Positions 52,627 through 54,876 of a DNA stretch of 54,876 nucleotides are shown here, one piece after another; positions within the stretch are counted from its first letter, which is position 1; each line of letters starts with the position of its first letter. The position numbers and the translations under genes were made by a program. Below the pieces are notes generated by a model. The model searched no databases. It was not told where the DNA came from and saw nothing but the letters and a program-made list of their open reading frames with translations. The stretch comes from a virus (Duplodnaviria; Caudoviricetes): the IMG/VR virus record IMGVR_UViG_3300035126_000263, positions 1 through 54,876 of that record; one strand, 5' to 3'.

Positions 52627-52669
52627 GCCCAAGGCAATGGAATCTAAATTTATCGTTAACGATACTCAT
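52604..52669 (-). pseudogene. Stranded original 5' end of the glycosyltransferase gene
   Basis: MSIVNDKFRFHCLGLDIKPRR* versus GT start MNNKFRFHALGI. Confidence 0.8.
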
Positions 52670-52872
52670 GGTTTTTTGAACTGAATTTCATCTAACATAT
52701 CTGATGGGTCTTCATCTCCATTTGCCATATATTCAATCCATCTTGCGGGGTTAATTGTAGCGGTGTGAGTCCAGCCATCACTTGTTAAGTTTTCTTCGTG
52801 CGCTTCATCTACTGTTAAGCACAATATCTTACCTTCTTTAGCATAGATAAAAAGGAATTGTGGGATACTCAT
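52666..52872 (-). CDS. Hypothetical protein
   Basis: ATG 52872, coupled. Confidence 0.65.
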   Translation of the reverse strand: MSIPQFLFIYAKEGKILCLTVDEAHEENLTSDGWTHTATINPARWIEYMANGDEDPSDMLDEIQFKKP

Positions 52873-53126
52873 AGGTCTAATAATATCTTTCTCGCCCATG
52901 CAGGCGTGTTGTCATCTACTGATATTGTCCAGTTACCATTTGCAGATTGGCTCATAGACAGAGGTTGAATAAACTTTCTTTCGTAAACTCCTTTTTTAAG
53001 TTGAACGATTACTTCGTTGGTAGTGAATCTTTCTCCACACTCACAAGCTCTTCTCCTCCTTACTCCTGCCTCTTTCTTCCTACTGTCTATTACTGATGTT
53101 GCTTTATTGCACTTAGGACAATTCAT
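52869..53126 (-). CDS. NrdR-like N-terminal zinc-ribbon protein
   Basis: MNCPKC...VIDSR....VRRRRACECGERFTTNE; no ATP cone. Confidence 0.75.
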   Translation of the reverse strand: MNCPKCNKATSVIDSRKKEAGVRRRRACECGERFTTNEVIVQLKKGVYERKFIQPLSMSQSANGNWTISVDDNTPAWARKILLDL

Positions 53127-53287
53127 TTCTTTTCTTGTCCAGTAAGCGTGTATCGCTTCATGCCACGCTTCTTGAAGAAGTCTTCACAGGCTTTAGCAAT
53201 CTGCTTGGAGTTGAGTGGATACTTCCACCCTACTCTGGCATCATCTTGGTCAACATTTCCCTCTGTATCTTTGCCATTTACTTTCAT
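53123..53287 (-). CDS. Hypothetical protein
   Basis: ATG 53287, coupled. Confidence 0.55.
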   Translation of the reverse strand: MKVNGKDTEGNVDQDDARVGWKYPLNSKQIAKACEDFFKKRGMKRYTLTGQEKK

Positions 53288-53526
53288 TTCATTGACTTGC
53301 TTCCTCGGCACTTCCAGCGTTTCCGACTCAAGTTGTTTGGACTATTCGGGTCACTCTTCCAGTCGCCCTTGATCTTAGCTGACCTCGCACAATATGAATC
53401 ACCACGCTTGCTGCCCGGATCAACATTTGCTCCTTTTTGGCCGTAAGAAACCTTGCGGGTTCTTCCAGTCTTTGCATTTTTTACTATTTTAACTGACGCT
53501 TTGCCAGTTGCGGGTTTTGATTTCAT
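53284..53526 (-). CDS. Small basic phage protein
   Basis: KVSYGQKG...RGDSYCARS...SPNNLSRKRWKC. Confidence 0.75.
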   Translation of the reverse strand: MKSKPATGKASVKIVKNAKTGRTRKVSYGQKGANVDPGSKRGDSYCARSAKIKGDWKSDPNSPNNLSRKRWKCRGSKSMK

Positions 53527-53678
53527 TTCTTCTTTGCAGTTTTAGCTGATTGCTTGAACGCTTTGGCAGTTGGTGCGCCTTTGCTTCCAACCTTCCTCAT
53601 CTTCTCGCCACTACCAGCGGCGATGCGTTTGCGTTTAGCGTGAATTGCGGCATAAAGCCCTTTTGGTTGTTTAGTCAT
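53523..53678 (-). CDS. Small basic phage protein, not in ORF track
   Basis: MTKQPKGLYAAIHAKRKRIAAGSGEKMRKVGSKGAPTAKAFKQSAKTAKKK. Confidence 0.75.
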   Translation of the reverse strand: MTKQPKGLYAAIHAKRKRIAAGSGEKMRKVGSKGAPTAKAFKQSAKTAKKK

Positions 53679-53720
53679 ATTTGTATTGCTTTGTTAAAAA
53701 CGATGGCTATGATTGATTAC

Positions 53721-54263
53721 ATGAAAAATAAAAACTGCTCACACTGCGAAAAAGAATTTACTCCTCGTCGTAATTCCCAAAAATTTTGTTCTCATAGATG
53801 CGTTGCATTTGATGTCGCAAAACGTTTTGGAAAACAAAGAGGAGAGAAAAAAAGAAATGGAATAACAAAAATTTGCAAGATTTGCTCCACATCTTTTTAT
53901 GTTCCTAAATATAGAATTCCTACAGCCCTTTATTGCTCTCGCAGATGCACATCTATTGCCAATCCTGAAAATACAAAAAAAGCAAGAGATGTCAGTCCAC
54001 TTATGGCAAGGGCTGGCAAGTGCGCTCCAAGAATATACAATTACATCACCATTAATGGCGAAAGAATTAGAGAACACAGGCATATCATGCAATGTTATCT
54101 TGGAAGAAAACTTGAAACATGGGAACACGTGCATCATATAAATGGAAACGGACTTGATAATAGAATAGAAAATCTACAAGTTTTGAGTAATTCTGAACAT
54201 CAAAAATTAGAATTGAGTTTAGTTACTTCTTCTTTGGAACTCCAGAAGAGCGAAGAGCAATAG
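53721..54263 (+). mobile_element. HNH homing endonuclease with two Zn-finger repeats, inserted antisense
   Basis: CxxC...FCSxxC twice; REHRHIM...VHHINGNGLDNRIENL; promoter TTGCTT-16-TATGAT directly before ATG 53721. Confidence 0.85.
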
Positions 54264-54408
54264 CCAATGCCTGTTTACGGCTCTTAGCCATAGGTGCTTT
54301 CTTCGGGCCTTTTGGGTCAATACCAGCCTTCAGTTTGCCAGCTTTGTATTCACGCATTGTTTTTGCCACTTTTGCGGCCTTACCTGCTTTTGTTGTTGGT
54401 TTTTTCAT
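54223..54408 (-). CDS. Small basic phage protein
   Basis: KVAKTMREYKAGKL...KSRKQALAIAL. Confidence 0.75.
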   Translation of the reverse strand: MKKPTTKAGKAAKVAKTMREYKAGKLKAGIDPKGPKKAPMAKSRKQALAIALRSSGVPKKK

Positions 54409-54734
54409 AATGATTCCATCCCATCTCTGAGAAGTTTAAAAAATGTATCTGATGACATCGTGACTTTCCAAGGTTTATTATTCTTCTTTGAAGCCACGGC
54501 CCACGCGATGCCTTTAGCATCCCGCTCGGCCTGCTCGCAAGCCTTATCTAAATTTAAGTTCTGAACGTGCTTCACCTCAAAGTGGAGTTTACCTTTCAGT
54601 TCTTCGCAGACTACATCCGGTGAGTCTTGACCACCCGCGAATTGCTGTCCACGTTTAGCATTGAATCCTTGGGCGCGGAGTTCATCTCGCCACTGACGCT
54701 CGGCTCTTGCTCCTTTTGCTCTTGAGTTAATCAT
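54405..54734 (-). CDS. Holliday junction resolvase (PD-(D/E)XK)
   Basis: SRAKGARAER, SPDV, HFEVKH. Confidence 0.8.
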   Translation of the reverse strand: MINSRAKGARAERQWRDELRAQGFNAKRGQQFAGGQDSPDVVCEELKGKLHFEVKHVQNLNLDKACEQAERDAKGIAWAVASKKNNKPWKVTMSSDTFFKLLRDGMESL

Positions 54735-54749
54735 TTCGCGCCCTCCAAT

Positions 54750-54876
54750 GCCTTTTTTGCTTCATTTCGCGCCCAGTTCCCTATGTTGTCAAAATGACTT
54801 GCGTTTGCAATTTCGCTTAAAACTTCCCGCGCATCAATGAGCTGTTGCGCGAATTTTTGATTTATGTGCGCGTTTA
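54750..54876. repeat. Terminal overlap identical to 1-127
   Basis: Exact duplicate of window start. Confidence 0.95.

Larger units (their letters stand above)
1608..52665. repeat. Genome-wide dispersed 16-bp palindrome TTATCG-KWWM-CGATAA (putative operator/protein-binding site family)
   Basis: Perfect copies start at 1608, 3335, 4938, 11277, 13935, 25608, 28565, 33800, 38527, 40464, 48838, 49419; one mismatch at 20523, 36966, 44097, 45960, 52650; two mismatches at 26045, 7097. Confidence 0.9.

Noticed and set aside
1608-52665. CRISPR array or REP/IS ends as the explanation for the palindrome
   Set aside because: Copies are isolated, kilobases apart, often in-frame within essential genes, with no spacers, transposase or target duplications
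51778-52669. Group I intron in the glycosyltransferase gene
   Set aside because: No room for a ribozyme core; the downstream gene has its own start and the N-terminal sequence is duplicated rather than split
1-54876. Alternative genetic code, integrase or tRNA genes
   Set aside because: Standard-code ORFs tile the genome densely; no recombinase motifs or cloverleafs recognised by eye

Overview
The window is a complete, circularly assembled tailed dsDNA phage genome of about 54,749 bp. Bases 1-127 repeat exactly at 54750-54876 and one ORF reads through the join. Gene content points to a podovirus-like virion: terminase, portal, scaffold, major capsid, several fibres and spikes, tail tube-like proteins, three ejection-type proteins and no tape measure. 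Replication looks lambda-like (HTH initiator with internal iterons plus DnaB). It also carries an SSB, a PD-(D/E)XK exonuclease, an SF2 helicase, a resolvase, dCMP deaminase, a GT-B glycosyltransferase and two free-standing HNH endonucleases. I saw no integrase, DNA/RNA polymerase, tRNA or CRISPR array. Canonical TTGACA promoters with SD-less, A-rich starts suggest, by inference only, a non-Bacteroidota SD-poor host such as Verrucomicrobiota. The most striking unexplained structure is non-coding: (1) a 16-bp palindrome TTATCG-KWWM-CGATAA present 12 times perfectly and about 7 times imperfectly around the whole genome, inside and between genes; (2) nine same-strand copies of TGTGGAGGG in 1.5 kb around the putative terS and early region; (3) several candidate structured RNAs, including a ~270-nt multibranched RNA next to terL and a ~70-nt promoter-to-terminator sRNA with three anti-AUG registers; (4) a homing endonuclease that replaced the 5' end of its target gene. 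All product calls come from motif recognition by eye, not database searches.
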